Shown here piece by piece: positions 11,860 to 24,328 of a DNA stretch of 64,000 bases. Location of the stretch: positions 74,710,001-74,774,000 of the forward strand of contig NC_042998.1 in the NCBI RefSeq assembly GCF_006345805.1. The letters are read 5' to 3'. The position numbers and the translations under genes are program-made. Positions within the stretch are counted from its first letter, which is position 1. Each line of letters opens with the position of its first letter. The DNA is from Octopus sinensis (taxonomy: Eukaryota). A model generated the notes under the pieces. That model was not told the origin of the DNA. It made no database searches and saw only the letters and a program-made list of their open reading frames with translations.

Positions 11860-13020
11860 AGGTCCTTATAATATTCTTGCTATTGTCTTGTAAAAATACG
11901 CTTCTGAACTTTCTTCTGATCTTTCAAAACTCTTTGAGAAATGCTTAGCTGAGTTTTCCTTCCCAGCATGCTGGAAATCGGTCACTCTTATTCTTGTTTG
12001 CAAAATCTCTGGTGAACATTTTCATCCGCGTATCTACCACTCAGTCAGCCTTAAATCTATAGTTAACGACCTACTTCTCTCTTTGACCTTAGACCTTGAA
12101 TCAGTCGATCAGTTTCTTGACAAACAGAACGGTTTCCGTAATTCGCGCTTCACTGCTAGAGTTCTGATTGTTATAATTGAAAGGTTCTACCGTGTTTTAG
12201 ATAATCCTGGCCACGAAAGTATTAGTGCCATCAACATATCTAAAGCATTTGACAATATTTGATTAGTTGGTCTCCTCCACGGAATTTCTGGAATAATTCC
12301 TAAACATTGAAGTTATTTTCTATTTACTCCACCTATCTGGTTTTCCTGAAGGTATTTGATGTTGGCTCAATGATCTTTCAAATGATTTTGTCTAGCCTTG
12401 CTATCTCTGCTGATATCACTTCTTTGCTTCAGTGAGATTTGTCTATCTAATGTAAATACCTGGCTCGCCTGGGCTTGATCTGCTGTCAGTGGGGTTCAAT
12501 GATTGAATACTTTTAACTCTGTAAAAACTATTATCCATTATATGAAATCTAAAGCTATTCAAATTTCTCTGTCTGATATTGTTCTTCTTGAGTTTTCTAT
12601 ATTTTTGATCGTACTTGGAAGGACAGAATTAGATTTATTTGCTGAATCAGCTGCAATGAAGGCTGGTTCTCTATGTCAATCTCGTCAATATTTTACCTCC
12701 GAATATATTCTTCAGCTTTCTAAGTCTCTTACTTGCCTTTATTTGAAATACTGTTATCATATTCGGGCTAGTGTTCCTGTTGGTGTACTTTCTTATCTTG
12801 ATTGAATTTGAAGCTGATTTTGCATTTTGCTTCTTTATCAGTATTCTATAACAATTTCCATAGTTCTTGTCAGAAACCTCCTTCTTTTGTAGCTCTTTTT
12901 ACGGTTACTAAAAGAGTGACTCATCTTTCTGTTAATTCTCATCCTTTCATTATTGATGCCCCATCACGTAAGAAGTGTTTCTGGTCTAGCAATTTCTCTC
13001 CTCGAATTTGTCTTATTTTT
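11860..13020 (+). mobile_element. Decayed CR1/L2-group LINE reverse transcriptase fragment
   Basis: Translation ELSSDLSKLFEKCLAEFSFPACWKS...KQNGFRNSR.T...INISKAFDNI resembles the WK-A-V-P-K, Q-GFR and DISKAFD RT motifs, with many indels. Confidence 0.75.
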
Positions 13021-13189
13021 TAAAAAAAGACTACGTCAATGGTTTTAGGATTCTTGAGGCAGCTTCCCGATAAATATATTTTTTCTTTAGTTATTCTTAA
13101 CAGCTCCCAACATACAAAGTGGTTGTTTGAGATTTGTTTGGTTGCTTGCTTGTGGCTTGCTGCCTTGTTAGGTATGGCTTCCAAATAAT

Positions 13190-13305
13190 AATAATGATGA
13201 TGATAACAACAACAACAACAACAACAATAATAATTATATTAATAATAATAACAACAACAATAATAATAATATTAATAATAATAATAATAATAATAATGAT
13301 AATAA
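13190..13305. repeat. (AAT)n/(AAC)n compound microsatellite
   Basis: Seen directly. Confidence 0.95.
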
Positions 13306-15427
13306 AACATGCTACACTATTTACATATGAATGTTTTATGTGGGTTTTTTTCCTGTTAAGTCTGCTTTAGCTACGACGTCTATGGTTATGCGAATAATGC
13401 GTTATTGTAAATTGAAGTGTCATTGACAATAAAGTTACTCGAAGAATTAGACATTCTTAGACATAACCATTGTGAAATACAAATCTAGTAATTTAACAAA
13501 ATAAATAAATAAATAAAACGGAATACAACAGCTATAAATTCTATAGAATGCCGAACAAATTGTCTGAAACTTGTTTTCACTATAAATTCATTCTTCTTTT
13601 AATTTAAAACCGAGTATTTTGTTATCTAACTAACTTGTATTTCACTTCAAAGCTGATAAATATGATAATTCTTAGACGCCAGCCACATGATGAATATTAT
13701 TTAAGTTGGTAAAACAGTTTTTAATGCATGGACCATTAAAAAGCTAAAGTAGGAACAAATACACGATGACAGAAAAATAGCTATTATTATTTTCTCATTT
13801 TCTTGGAATAAATAACATAGAGATACCATCTGTATGGAAAGTTATTTGAGGCGTTATTATATTCTAAACAATTCTAATTTTCTACACAAGCCAGTGTATA
13901 ATATTGTAAATTTACTTAGTAATTCTTCCATTAGCAGTTTGGCAAGTATAGTGAAGGCTATAATTATTTGATGAAGTCATGAGAGGATACTAAGATCGAA
14001 CCTATATGCCAGCAGTTCTCATCCATATCTATCGAAATAATGATAATAATAAAACTACTAGTAATTGAATATTATTGCTTTTTACCTGCTGTGCATTGTA
14101 ATTATTTTTAGTTAGCATTTTTAATGGTATAACTATTAAAAATGCAAATACTAACTTCTTATGTTTTTGCTGCACTGAGCATTGTCAACGGAAACAGTTT
14201 CGTTATGAGTTGGTGAAATGTCTAGTGAAACTACCAGCAAGTTAATGCGTAGAAATGTTAATTGAATAAGTAGTGCTGTCACTCTATCGTTAATATAACA
14301 TTTTAGCAGTGACTTGGACTCTTTTCTTCGTGACTGTATATATTTCTTTACTATATATATCTTTTGCAAGTAAGCTCTTAAGTTCTTGGAATTATGTCCC
14401 CTTTTTCTTTCAGAACCGCTACCAAATGCCACCGGATTTTTTCTTTTAGATGAAAATTTTGCGTCCGGCATTCAATTCATCACCCTTCAACATTGGTATA
14501 GAGATTACTTACTGTATATACTTTTTTTTTTAAATGGCAGTAAAACGGTATACACTTGACTTCATCAAATCGAAAATATAATAACAAAAGAAAGCTTGAG
14601 AATCATTGACATACATAATACTTCTTTGGTTTAAAAAGAAAAATTATAGTTACTGCTGTCGTATATTCCCGGCAGACCTCTTGTGAAAGAAGTCTAGCCG
14701 TGATAATCATTCAGAAGTTTTTTTATGGAATTTCCTATAAAACCACGGTAGATCTTGATTTAACCGGAAAAGCCAACTGAAGAAAAATACTTGGTTCAAA
14801 GATTTGAAACTACTTTTAGTGCTGCTGTAATGAATATTCGTCATGATCGTAAAACCGAAGTCCCTTGAGTTAAAAAGCATTACTTTATTTTTATATTCTC
14901 TTCTGAAAAAATGCGAAATTATTGATAGTAAAAGATATTTTTCTTGTTTGTAACAGAAACAGAAATCAATTAATGTTCTGGTTGAGTCAAGTCAGCATAA
15001 CTGCTGGCAATATGTTTTAAACATGCATTTTAAACGTTTCCTTGTACCCGTTTGCTTGCTATTGACGGTACTAAAAGAAGTAGACATAAACAAATACTTA
15101 CATTTTAAAATTTACATGTAAAAAACACCTTTTGCTGCTCCTTCCTTCTGTGACATGAATATATTGAAAACTCAACACCACTTTGACATTTTAGAAAAGA
15201 TAATATATAAGTTGGCAATATGAAGGTGATGGTTGTCATTTTGGATTTAACCGTGAGCTGCTTTCTTATTAATGTAAATGGAAACATATGGTAAACAGGG
15301 TGTAGTTGTTTGATGGTGGTGGCAGTGTAGATGTTAGCAACAGCCAATAACAAACAGAAATATGAGATGCAACTTAGAGACACCAGATAGGCGGCTACAC
15401 CTGAGAGAAGGAAATAGATTTTGAGAG

Positions 15428-15460
<33 letters not shown>

Positions 15461-16039
15461 GATATAGATAGATAAAGAGAGAGAAAGAGAAAGAGAAGAG
15501 TTTCATGAGTATAGGAGTTACCTTCTTTTGTCGTCGCAGACGTTAAAAGGTTAAAATAATATTTGGCAACAAATTCTCATAAAAATGGCAAAGCAGTGCC
15601 CTGTTAGTTGACTTGAAATATTAATTTGTTGAACAGAGGAACAAACTCCCGCATATATAAATCACTGGTACGTTAGAGGTGTTTTGTTTTAATAATATAT
15701 TACACTACAGAATATATATATCGATCTTTAGCTAACAAGGTATGAATAGGCTAAAGTAAATATCCCGATTTTATTTATAATACCTTCGTGAATAGAAAAA
15801 GGAGGAACACACAGACAAGTCGGCAGAGATACTGTCAGCAGGGATATTTATAAATACTCTTTTACTAAGGCCTCAAGTAAACAGGATTGACCAATTTGCA
15901 GCTGACTTACATATTCCGACATATTGTATTTTCACAAAATTTCATGCAAGAAATAACATTTCAAGAAAGCTGTTATTTCTTGTTAACAACATAGCTACAC
16001 AATATGTATCTGTGTATGTGTGTATATCTATACGTGCCA

Positions 16040-16250
16040 TGATAGATCGCTAGCTCCTACACGCATTTTTTTCTCTCCTTGTTTCTCTCCTTGTTTTTTT
16101 TTCTGTGTATCTTTCTGTCGAAGAGCGTAGGCTCGAAACGTAAAAGGCTTTTTCTATTCCTGAGCGCTATACTAATACATTTGTTTGTTTGTACTCCACC
16201 TGCCTTCGTCTTTTGTTTATTTTCGTAAACTTTCCCATTATATATATATA
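16040..16250 (+). mobile_element. ~200-bp hammerhead-bearing mini-element, family X
   Basis: Runs from atgatagatcgctagc to aaactttcccattatatata; homologous to 28945-29142 (minus) and more distantly to 31765-31925 (minus). Confidence 0.75.
16110..16147 (+). ncRNA. Minimal hammerhead motif with CUGUCGA core (A6U)
   Basis: ucuuu CUGUCGA A GAGC-GUAG-GCUC GAAAC GUA ^ aaagg. Stem I has 5 bp including G-U; stem III is only the palindrome ACGU. Confidence 0.6.
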
Positions 16251-16274
16251 AACATGCATATATCCATATCTACA

Positions 16275-16349
<75 letters not shown>

Positions 16350-16354
<5 letters not shown>

Positions 16355-16462
16355 TAAACCCTCCTTCTTTTCTTCTTTTCTGAGCGTCCAATAATCCTAT
16401 ACTCGTTCCACGTCCTCGCGTTGTTGTGTTTTCTCTTTGTGTTTTCCTGTTTGGATTAACTA
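16350..16462 (+). mobile_element. 3' tail fragment of mini-element family Y
   Basis: ctgagcgtccaataa..ctatact.gttccacgtcctcgcgttgttg...tttggattaactatata matches 30970-31052. Confidence 0.75.
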
Positions 16463-17079
16463 TATATATATATACATGGTGGCTGCCCACTCATTATCGA
16501 GTATGGCCATTGCACGAAGCTTAATCAATGTTGTTATCGTGCAATGCCTGTGCAAGAAGATTTTTTTAAAGTGAGGAAAGTCTGTGCACGGAGTCAATCC
16601 CACTCACTAAGCAATAGCAGCCATAATCCCAAAAGAAGATCAAGTCAACATCATCGGTAACCACTGAGCCGCAGATTTTATGTCGGAGTTATCCCAGTTA
16701 CCTGAGTTATCTTCTCCTAGAAGGATGCACTAACAAAGGCTATGAGTCCTTCACTCCCAATGGTTTAACCGCGCGATCGGGTATTCAGTCCGATTATTTC
16801 TATGTCCCTGCGCATGATACAGCCTTAAGACATTTATTGGATAGCCGTTAACTCTCAAGAGTTCCTCCGCCCTTTGACGGGTTTTGTTTTTCATCCTGCA
16901 GGGTGTCCAATAAACACCCTCCTCACCAAGTAAGCTTGGTGGGGTTGCCGGTTTAGTCACCGACGACCCGACGGATATATGGGTACAGGACGAAACAAAT
17001 GGCAAAACAAGACAAGTAACATAAAGAACGAGCCTTCATCAGTTGTTGGCTGCCTATCTATTCCTCATTTTGAGCATTC

Positions 17080-17235
17080 GGTGTGGCTGTGTAGTAAGAA
17101 GCTTGCTTCCCAACCACATGGTTCCTGGTTCAGTCCCGTTGCGTGGCACCATGAGCAAGTGTCCTCTACTCTAACCACAGGCAGACCAAAGCCGTGTGAG
17201 TGGATTTGGTAGTCGGAAAATGAAAGAAATCCATC

Positions 17236-17287
<52 letters not shown>

Positions 17288-17555
17288 ATGTATATATATA
17301 TATATATATATATTATGTGTGTGTGTGTGTGTGTATGTATATATTTAAGTGTTTTTGTTTGTGTTTGTCCCCACAACCATTGCTTGACAATCGATGTTGG
17401 TGTGTTTACGTCCCAGTAAACTAGCGTTTCGGCAAATGAGACCAAGAGAATAAGCTTCAGGCTTGCAAAGAAGAAGTCCAGGAGTCGATTTCTTAGACTA
17501 AAAGGCGGTGCACCAGCATGGCCACAGTCAAATGACTGAAACAAGTAAGAGGATA
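17080..17555 (+). mobile_element. tRNA-derived SINE family A, full length
   Basis: A-box-like tggctgtgtag, B-box-like ggttcagtccc, central (TA)/(TG) microsatellite, 3' tail cagcatggccacagtcaaatgactgaaacaagta. Confidence 0.85.
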
Positions 17556-17618
17556 TTCATGCAAATACCAAGTCAAGTCAGTACTGTGTAGGAGATTCTG
17601 GCTACATTAATGTAGATA

Positions 17619-18171
17619 CGTTAGCACGCCGGGCGAAATGCGTAGCCGTATTTCGTCTACCGTTACGTTCTGAGTTCAAATTCCGCTGTGGTCGACTTTG
17701 CTTTCACCCTTTCCGGGTCGATAAATTAAGTACCAGTTACCCCCTGGGGTCGATGTAACCGACTTGATCCGTTCGTCTGTACTTGTTTGTCCCCTCTGTG
17801 TTTAGCCCCTTGTGGGTAGCAAAGAAATAGGTATTTCGTCTGTCTTTACGTTCAAATTCTGCCGAGGTTGACTTTGCCTTTCCTCCTTTCGGGGTCGATA
17901 AATTAAGCACCAGTTACCCCCTGGGGTCGGTGTAATCGACTTAATCTGTTTGTCCGTCCACGTTTGTCCTGTGTTTAGCCCGTTGTGGGTAGTAAAGAAA
18001 TAGGTATTTCGTATGTCTTTACGATCTGAGTTCAAATTCTGCCGAGGTTGACTTTGCCTTTTATCCTTTCGGAGTTGATAAATTAAGTACTAGTTGCGTA
18101 CTGATGTCGATCTAATCGACTGGCCCCTCCCGCAAAATTTCGGGCCTCGTACCTAGTGTAGAAAAGATTAA
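17619..18171 (+). mobile_element. tRNA-derived SINE family B, three tandem units
   Basis: gtatttcgt...gagttcaaattc.gc.gagg..gactttgccttt..tcctttc.gggtcgataaattaag.accagtt recurs at ~17648, 17831 and 18004. Confidence 0.85.
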
Positions 18172-19082
18172 TGTATTAATGAACAGATAACGGAATCAGA
18201 AAAAGTAAGCATTTCGTTGATCCAGATGATGTTCCATACAAATGTAACTACTGGGAAAAGTACCAATTTTGCGGCTGGTATATTCATCATAAAGTATAAA
18301 AATAAGCAAAGGCATGAAGATAGGAGAATTACATTTCTAATTAACTAACTCATTTGAATTAAATTGTGTTAAGGATCGTGTTCTTATGCTTAGCGTTAAC
18401 GTTAGCTTTATCACTGGCGAATCTACCTTCCATATAGCGAAGCCTTCCTCTTTATTAGTTTCTCGCATAACTAATCTATTTAGTTCGATTCTATGTAATT
18501 TAAGTCTCTTTGATTATAATCATATTGATCTCATAAACTATATCCTCTATCTTATTTTAATGCATTGTTCTCATCTATATTTTTGTATTATTTTCATCTT
18601 GTTATTTTTTTCTTTATATTTTTATCATCCAGTTGAAGGCACTACTATAAACTTCCCGCTTCTCTTCATATCTACTTTATATCTTCCTCTTTAGTGTATA
18701 TACAATAAACTAGCCGGTTCCTATCCTGTCACTATCTGTAGCCTTATCTGTGACCCCGCATGGGGAGCGAATAAGACAATTTCTCTATCACCTTGTATTC
18801 TATAGCATTCACTCCCTTTCATATTTGATGCGCTAAATTCTACTATGAAAACTAGTATCTAGTACGGTGTTCGCTTTGTAACTTAGTTTAAGAAATAAAA
18901 TAAGAAAATATTAAAAGTATAGCGGTATACATTTAATATCGTCCGGATCTGCATAAGCTGTTTCTATAACATCATGTTGCTTGATGTAAACAATTCTACA
19001 GGTTATTGAAACGATCGACACTGTTTCAGAAATGTAATACCATCATTCTAATTTCTTCCTTGTTTACTATATATGTATATAT

Positions 19083-19126
<44 letters not shown>

Positions 19127-19134
<8 letters not shown>

Positions 19135-19578
19135 ATAGAGGGCATTATTACACATAAATGCCTCACACTAGGAGGGACAGAGTCATTACTACCAAAATTA
19201 TACTAATCATACCCAAATGCAGTTTTTCAAAGCAAGACATTTAAAAATGAATTATGTTCTGTATCACCGTGATTTCACATACAACTTGCGTCTAATGATC
19301 GTCAGCAGAACTGATTCTGAATACATCATAAATAACTAACCTTACGTTCGTCTTCGCTAGTAAGGTTAGTTTATTTATGATGTATTCAGAATCAGTTCTG
19401 CTGACGATCATTAGACGCAAGTTGTATGTGAAATCACGGTGATACAGAACATAATTCATTTTTAAATGTCTTGCTTTGAAAAACTGCATTTGGGTATGAT
19501 TAGTATAATTTTGGTAGTATGACTCTGTCCCTCCTAGTGTGAGGCATTTATGTGTAATAATGCCCTCTATACAATATA
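19127..19578. repeat. Near-perfect palindrome, ~219-bp arms, 14-bp spacer
   Basis: 19127-19345 is the reverse complement of 19360-19578 apart from two 1-nt indels; flanked on the left by (TA)n. Confidence 0.97.
19395..19450 (+). ncRNA. Type I hammerhead motif (identical mirror copy 19256-19311, minus strand)
   Basis: guucug CUGACGA U-CAU...AUG-U GAAA UCAC-G-GUG AUA ^ cagaac. Stem I is a perfect 6 bp; stem III is AUCAC/GUGAU; stem II opens with U.U. Confidence 0.75.
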
Positions 19579-19759
19579 GATATAATTAATTTGTTCAGAA
19601 GAAAAAAATTATTTTCGGATTCTTTTCTTTTATGAGGTTTTCACGCTAGCTACCTGATAATTTCTTGTTAAGATCCCTTATTAAGAGATTATCCTTAATT
19701 GTTAAACTTATATATATATATATATATACGTGCACGTATGTATGTATGTATGTATGTAA

Positions 19760-19995
19760 AACCTTGGATTAATTGGTGTGGATGTAGATATCTTCAAAGC
19801 TAAACTGAATCACTTGCTGTCAAATGTCCCAGATGAGTCTTCACAGCAGAAAGTGGGACGAGAGCAGCAGTATCAAACTCTCTCATTCCCGAAACGTCAA
19901 CATTTAAACGATGAATAATAGATGGCATGACAACACCAGTTGGCGGTTTCTAGCATGGTCACATCCCTTGAGCTGAAACTAATGAAAGAGTAAGA
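19760..19995 (+). mobile_element. 3' end of a CR1/L2-group LINE (same family as 51705-52600)
   Basis: GVDVDIFKAKLNHLLSNVPDE, followed by a ggcggtttctagcatggtcaca...gctgaaac tail. Confidence 0.6.
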
Positions 19996-22379
19996 TAATT
20001 TGACTGTAGTTCACCATCAGTTGGTACATTTTTTTTTGCATTTGTAAATAGAATGTATAGTTATGATACATTTCTAATCTCTTTCGATCTTACTTTGCTG
20101 GTTCCCACATACAAACCCATTCATACCAACCGTATTTCTATATCATACATATTTGTTTTATTAAGTATATTCGTTTATAAACATATACACGTTTAAACGC
20201 TACTGAGTAAGATAATATGAGATGATGTTTATGAACTTTGTAAGAGCACTAGTTATCTAAGTGAAATCTAATAGTGTCAACTCATATCTTCAACAATCCC
20301 CACTCTACCAAATTCAAGGGTGTACGATGTTAAAATAGAATCCAATTAATCAGGAATATTCTGTGTTTTATTTCATAGCTTTGTATAATATATTTGAACT
20401 AAAATTAAACGATTAACATATGAGTTCATTTATCTAGTGAAAGCTTCAACTAATCAGAGAAGCTATACTATCGTTACAAGAAAATACTAAGAGACAGATG
20501 GAATTAATTGAGACGAGTCAAAATTGATTAAGAATTATAACTTAATTAAGGTTAATTAAGGAATGCAACAATTAGAATTTTAAATGAAATCCAGAAATCA
20601 TACCAATTAATTAATTATATTGTATGCATTAATAAATGTCTTTGAATACATATGTATATGCGTATGTGTCTATGTATGGATATACATAAGCCCACCCACC
20701 CCTACACATCCCTACTCCCCCTTCCCTATGCCTATTAGAGTAACATCCTTTTATTAAACTTTTTTATTTCATACCGTCTATCGTCCAAATAACCGTTGAA
20801 AATGCCACGAAGCTTTTAGCCCCGGTATTTGAAATTGAGTTCTATCATGACAACTCTCTGATTGCCCTATATATATATAAAATGTTTCATGGTTGTTTCT
20901 GATATCTCACGGAGAATTAATTGGTTTGAAGAAGATTAAGGAAACAAATCTTTTTTTTTCTATAATATTAGGTGTATAAATGTTTATTCAGTATGTGTGA
21001 GGAATAAGGTTACAGCGGGGTAACATATTTAAAATATACTTGCCTGCCTTTCGAAATCTAGTTTCTTTTTTAAAATGATTTCATCAACGCGAGAGGGCTG
21101 TTGAAAATATATGAAACATATATTGTAAGATCATAGTTTTGGATATTTATTGTGTATTCGATCCCAGCGTCATAAATATCATTCTGTTAATTTGATAACA
21201 GCTTCAGCCAGCGGTTGTAGCCATGCTGGGGCACGACTCCTAACGTATATCGCTTGTTTGTTTTAGACTCACTTCCTGGTACTCTCTCCGGAATCGGTCC
21301 TGGTAATTGCGAGTTGTAGAGAGAGAGCTGTTCTTCTTTGCCTTTCATGCCATGATGTTGATCGCCTGGTATATTAGATCAAATATGTCGAATTGTTCTT
21401 TAAACACATCCAGGTTTGAACACATTTACATCTCGTGTACTTCTAAGTTTAAGGCATAAATCAAATGAATTGTATTTTCACTGTTGAGGATAGTTAAATC
21501 TATTGGACAAAATATTGATGAAAACGTTTAATCCTAACAGGAGAAAGCATGATTATGTGTTGATTTATTTCACATCTGACTATAATGTAAATATAATAAA
21601 TATAAGATTTCTATTGAATCATCCAACTAAAAGTATAAATATCTAAGTAAATATCTAAGAAAATATGATGGTATTTTAAGACATTCTATGCTTCGGCGTA
21701 AGTAGAAGATATGAATCGGATTGATTAAAATCCTCCAAGAGAAGTTAGTCATATATTCTCATATTGGAAATATCAACGGAAATTGAACTTATTTCATCCA
21801 GAAATATTTTTATTATAGAAAAACATTTTTCTAAATAACTGAATTGAAATATTAAATTTAAGTTCCTTTATTAGAATTATTCCCGAATTTGAAGAAGAAA
21901 ACTTTATCAAGTAGACTCTATTAATATTTTGAACACCTTTGCTGTTATTACAAAAAGAGTTCAAACTATTGCAAATATCAGAACATGTTTACTTCTTTCA
22001 ATTCACTTAAATTGATTCACTTTCAGTATACTATATTTCGCAAGAGAGTTTCAATATCTACAGCAATAACTACTTTTAATTAAATCAAGCCGATATTTTT
22101 CTTACTACGGCATCCAAATATTTACACAAGCCACCATTGTTCGTTCAGCCGACATTAACGGCGGCCTTCTACGAACTTTGATCAATATGAAACAGTAAGT
22201 TCCGGCTTGCTTCATTAAATGAATGTCTCTAAGCAATAACAGCGTACTTTACATGAAAATTATGTTTATTTACTAATTAGACTTTTAACGTGATGCTGTA
22301 GCCACCAGAAATAGTTTATCTGCTAAGAAGAAGAGAATATACATTTGTACGTGCACAGGCAGCCATCCATTTAAACATG

Positions 22380-22385
22380 TATACG

Positions 22386-22416
<31 letters not shown>

Positions 22417-22422
22417 ACACAC

Positions 22423-22520
<98 letters not shown>

Positions 22521-22857
22521 TGTAAATATGTATATATGTATATATATATGTATATATATATATATGTATATATATATGTATATATATATATGTATATATA
22601 TATGTATATATATATATATATATGTATATATATGTATGTATGTATGTATATATATATATTATATATATATATGTGTATATATATATATATATATGTATGT
22701 ATATATATATATGTATGTATATATATATGTATATGTATGTATATACATATATATATATGTATGTATATACATATATATATGTATGTATATATATATAAAT
22801 ATATACACACACATATATATGAATATATATATATATAAACACATATATATATATATG

Positions 22858-22890
<33 letters not shown>

Positions 22891-22930
22891 GAATATATGA
22901 ATCTATATATATTTATATATATTTATATAT
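22380..22930. repeat. Long compound (CA)n/(TA)n/(TATG)n microsatellite
   Basis: Seen directly; source of several spurious IY/YI ORFs. Confidence 0.97.
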
Positions 22931-23636
22931 ATATACTTCTTTTATTCGTGGGCAAACTAGCTTACCATTCGTTTTATGTCGAGAGAGGCATCTCTCACAT
23001 GAAACTAATAGTAGCTACGAACGTGGTCCGTAGCTACACGATGACGGATATTTATCCACTAATGTGGTGTTGAGCACTCATTTTCACTGTTACACGCATG
23101 CGCGCACACACACACGCATATATACATATGTGTCTCTGTGTGTGTAGTTTCTGATGTATGGCTGTGGTCATGCTGGGGTACCACCAACTGATGCTGCCAA
23201 ATGTTAATTAATCCTCCTGTAACAGTTGGCATTTGGTGAATAAATAAGGCATTTTGATAATACTGACTTCATTCCCGTTTCTTACTATAAAGTTCGTTCA
23301 TCTGGAATTCTTACAGTAGTCGATTCAGTTTAGCTCTGAAGAGGTCTACATCTGCACATTGCAGGTCTCTGAGCTCTTTCGTGGTGGTATTGAAAAACTG
23401 TTGGTCACTGAGTCCCAAACTATTGCAGTATCTGTATTCTGTATTTTGACTGCAGCGGAGGGACTTTAGGCGCTATAAAATGGTACACTGCTCTGACATT
23501 TGTATAAATTTCAACACCAAAATTTTGGAAAGTCTTTCCAGTATTATATATATATATATATATTATATATATATATATTTATATTAAAATTATAAGTATA
23601 TGAAAGAATTGAGTTGAACGACTAGTTAACAAATAT

Positions 23637-23731
23637 CCTTTATTGTCGACATATGTTTCGAAGGCTGCATATTCCTAATTCCGAAGGAATAAGGAGTACA
23701 TTATGCAGATTTCTCATCAGGAAAATCAAGG
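23637..23731 (-). ncRNA. Type I hammerhead ribozyme, canonical core, long stem II
   Basis: ccuugauuuuc CUGAUGA GAA..CUGCAUA..UCCU.AUUCC-UUC-GGAAU.AGGA.UAUGCAG..UUC GAAAC AUAU GUC ^ gacaauaaagg. Confidence 0.85.
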
Positions 23732-23865
23732 AAACTTATGTTGACATCAAAATGCACAAAAAACCTTTAGCTGACCGCTCTCAAGGAGCCCATGATTATC
23801 GCCATGGGCTCATTGAGAGCGGTCAGCTAAAAGTTTTTTGTGCATTTTGATGTCGACATAAGTTT

Positions 23866-23960
23866 CCTTGATTTTCCGGATGAGAAATCTGCATAATGTA
23901 CTCCTTATTCCTTCGGAATTAGGAATATGCAGCCTTCGAAACATATGTCGAGAATAAAGG
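23866..23960 (+). ncRNA. Mirror hammerhead with U4G core change (CGGAUGA)
   Basis: Same fold. Stem I ccuugauuuuc/gagaauaaagg pairs at 10 of 11 positions; GUC cleavage triplet at 23947-23949. Confidence 0.7.
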
Positions 23961-24108
23961 ATATTTGTTAACTAGTCGTTCAACTCCATTCTTTCATATA
24001 CTTATAATTTTAAAATAAACATACAAATTTCCGCACGAAGACACGTAGTCTATGCCCTAGGGACGTAGCTTCAACCGTGTTCTTTCTGATGTGAATTTGG
24101 TACCCAGG

Positions 24109-24161
24109 TATCGGTTATCTTTCGAATTATTCTTAATAAGATAATTCATTTAATTACTCAA

Positions 24162-24194
<33 letters not shown>

Positions 24195-24246
24195 ATATAT
24201 TTGAGTAATTAAATGAATTATCTTATTAAGAATAATTCGAAAGATA

Positions 24247-24252
<6 letters not shown>
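24109..24252. repeat. Inverted repeat (~54-bp arms) centred on (TA)n
   Basis: tatcggttatctttcgaattattcttaataagataattcatttaattactcaaa and its exact reverse complement flank a (TA)n; a third small piece lies at ~24286-24299. Confidence 0.92.
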
Positions 24253-24287
<35 letters not shown>

Positions 24288-24328
24288 ATAACCGATACAT
24301 ATATATATATATAATATATATATATATA

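Larger units (their letters stand above)
23578..24019. repeat. Palindrome, 217-bp arms, 8-bp spacer
   Basis: 23578-23794 vs 23803-24019, with 7 substitutions by manual comparison; (TA)n on the left. Confidence 0.97.

Noticed and set aside
15105-15403. Strong splice-acceptor-like site (polypyrimidine tract plus CAG, minus strand) followed by a hydrophobic ORF
   Set aside because: The pyrimidine tract is a (CT)n microsatellite; no recognisable homology, donor site or partner exon.
17030-17065. CTGATGAAGGC on the minus strand
   Set aside because: No closing stem II or GAAA follows; it lies in an unclassified repeat (~16490-17070).
22285-23073. Long ORFs rich in IY/YI/HT/CV, here and throughout the window
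   Set aside because: They are translations of (TA)n, (CA)n and (TACA)n microsatellites, which lack stop codons; there is no protein signal.
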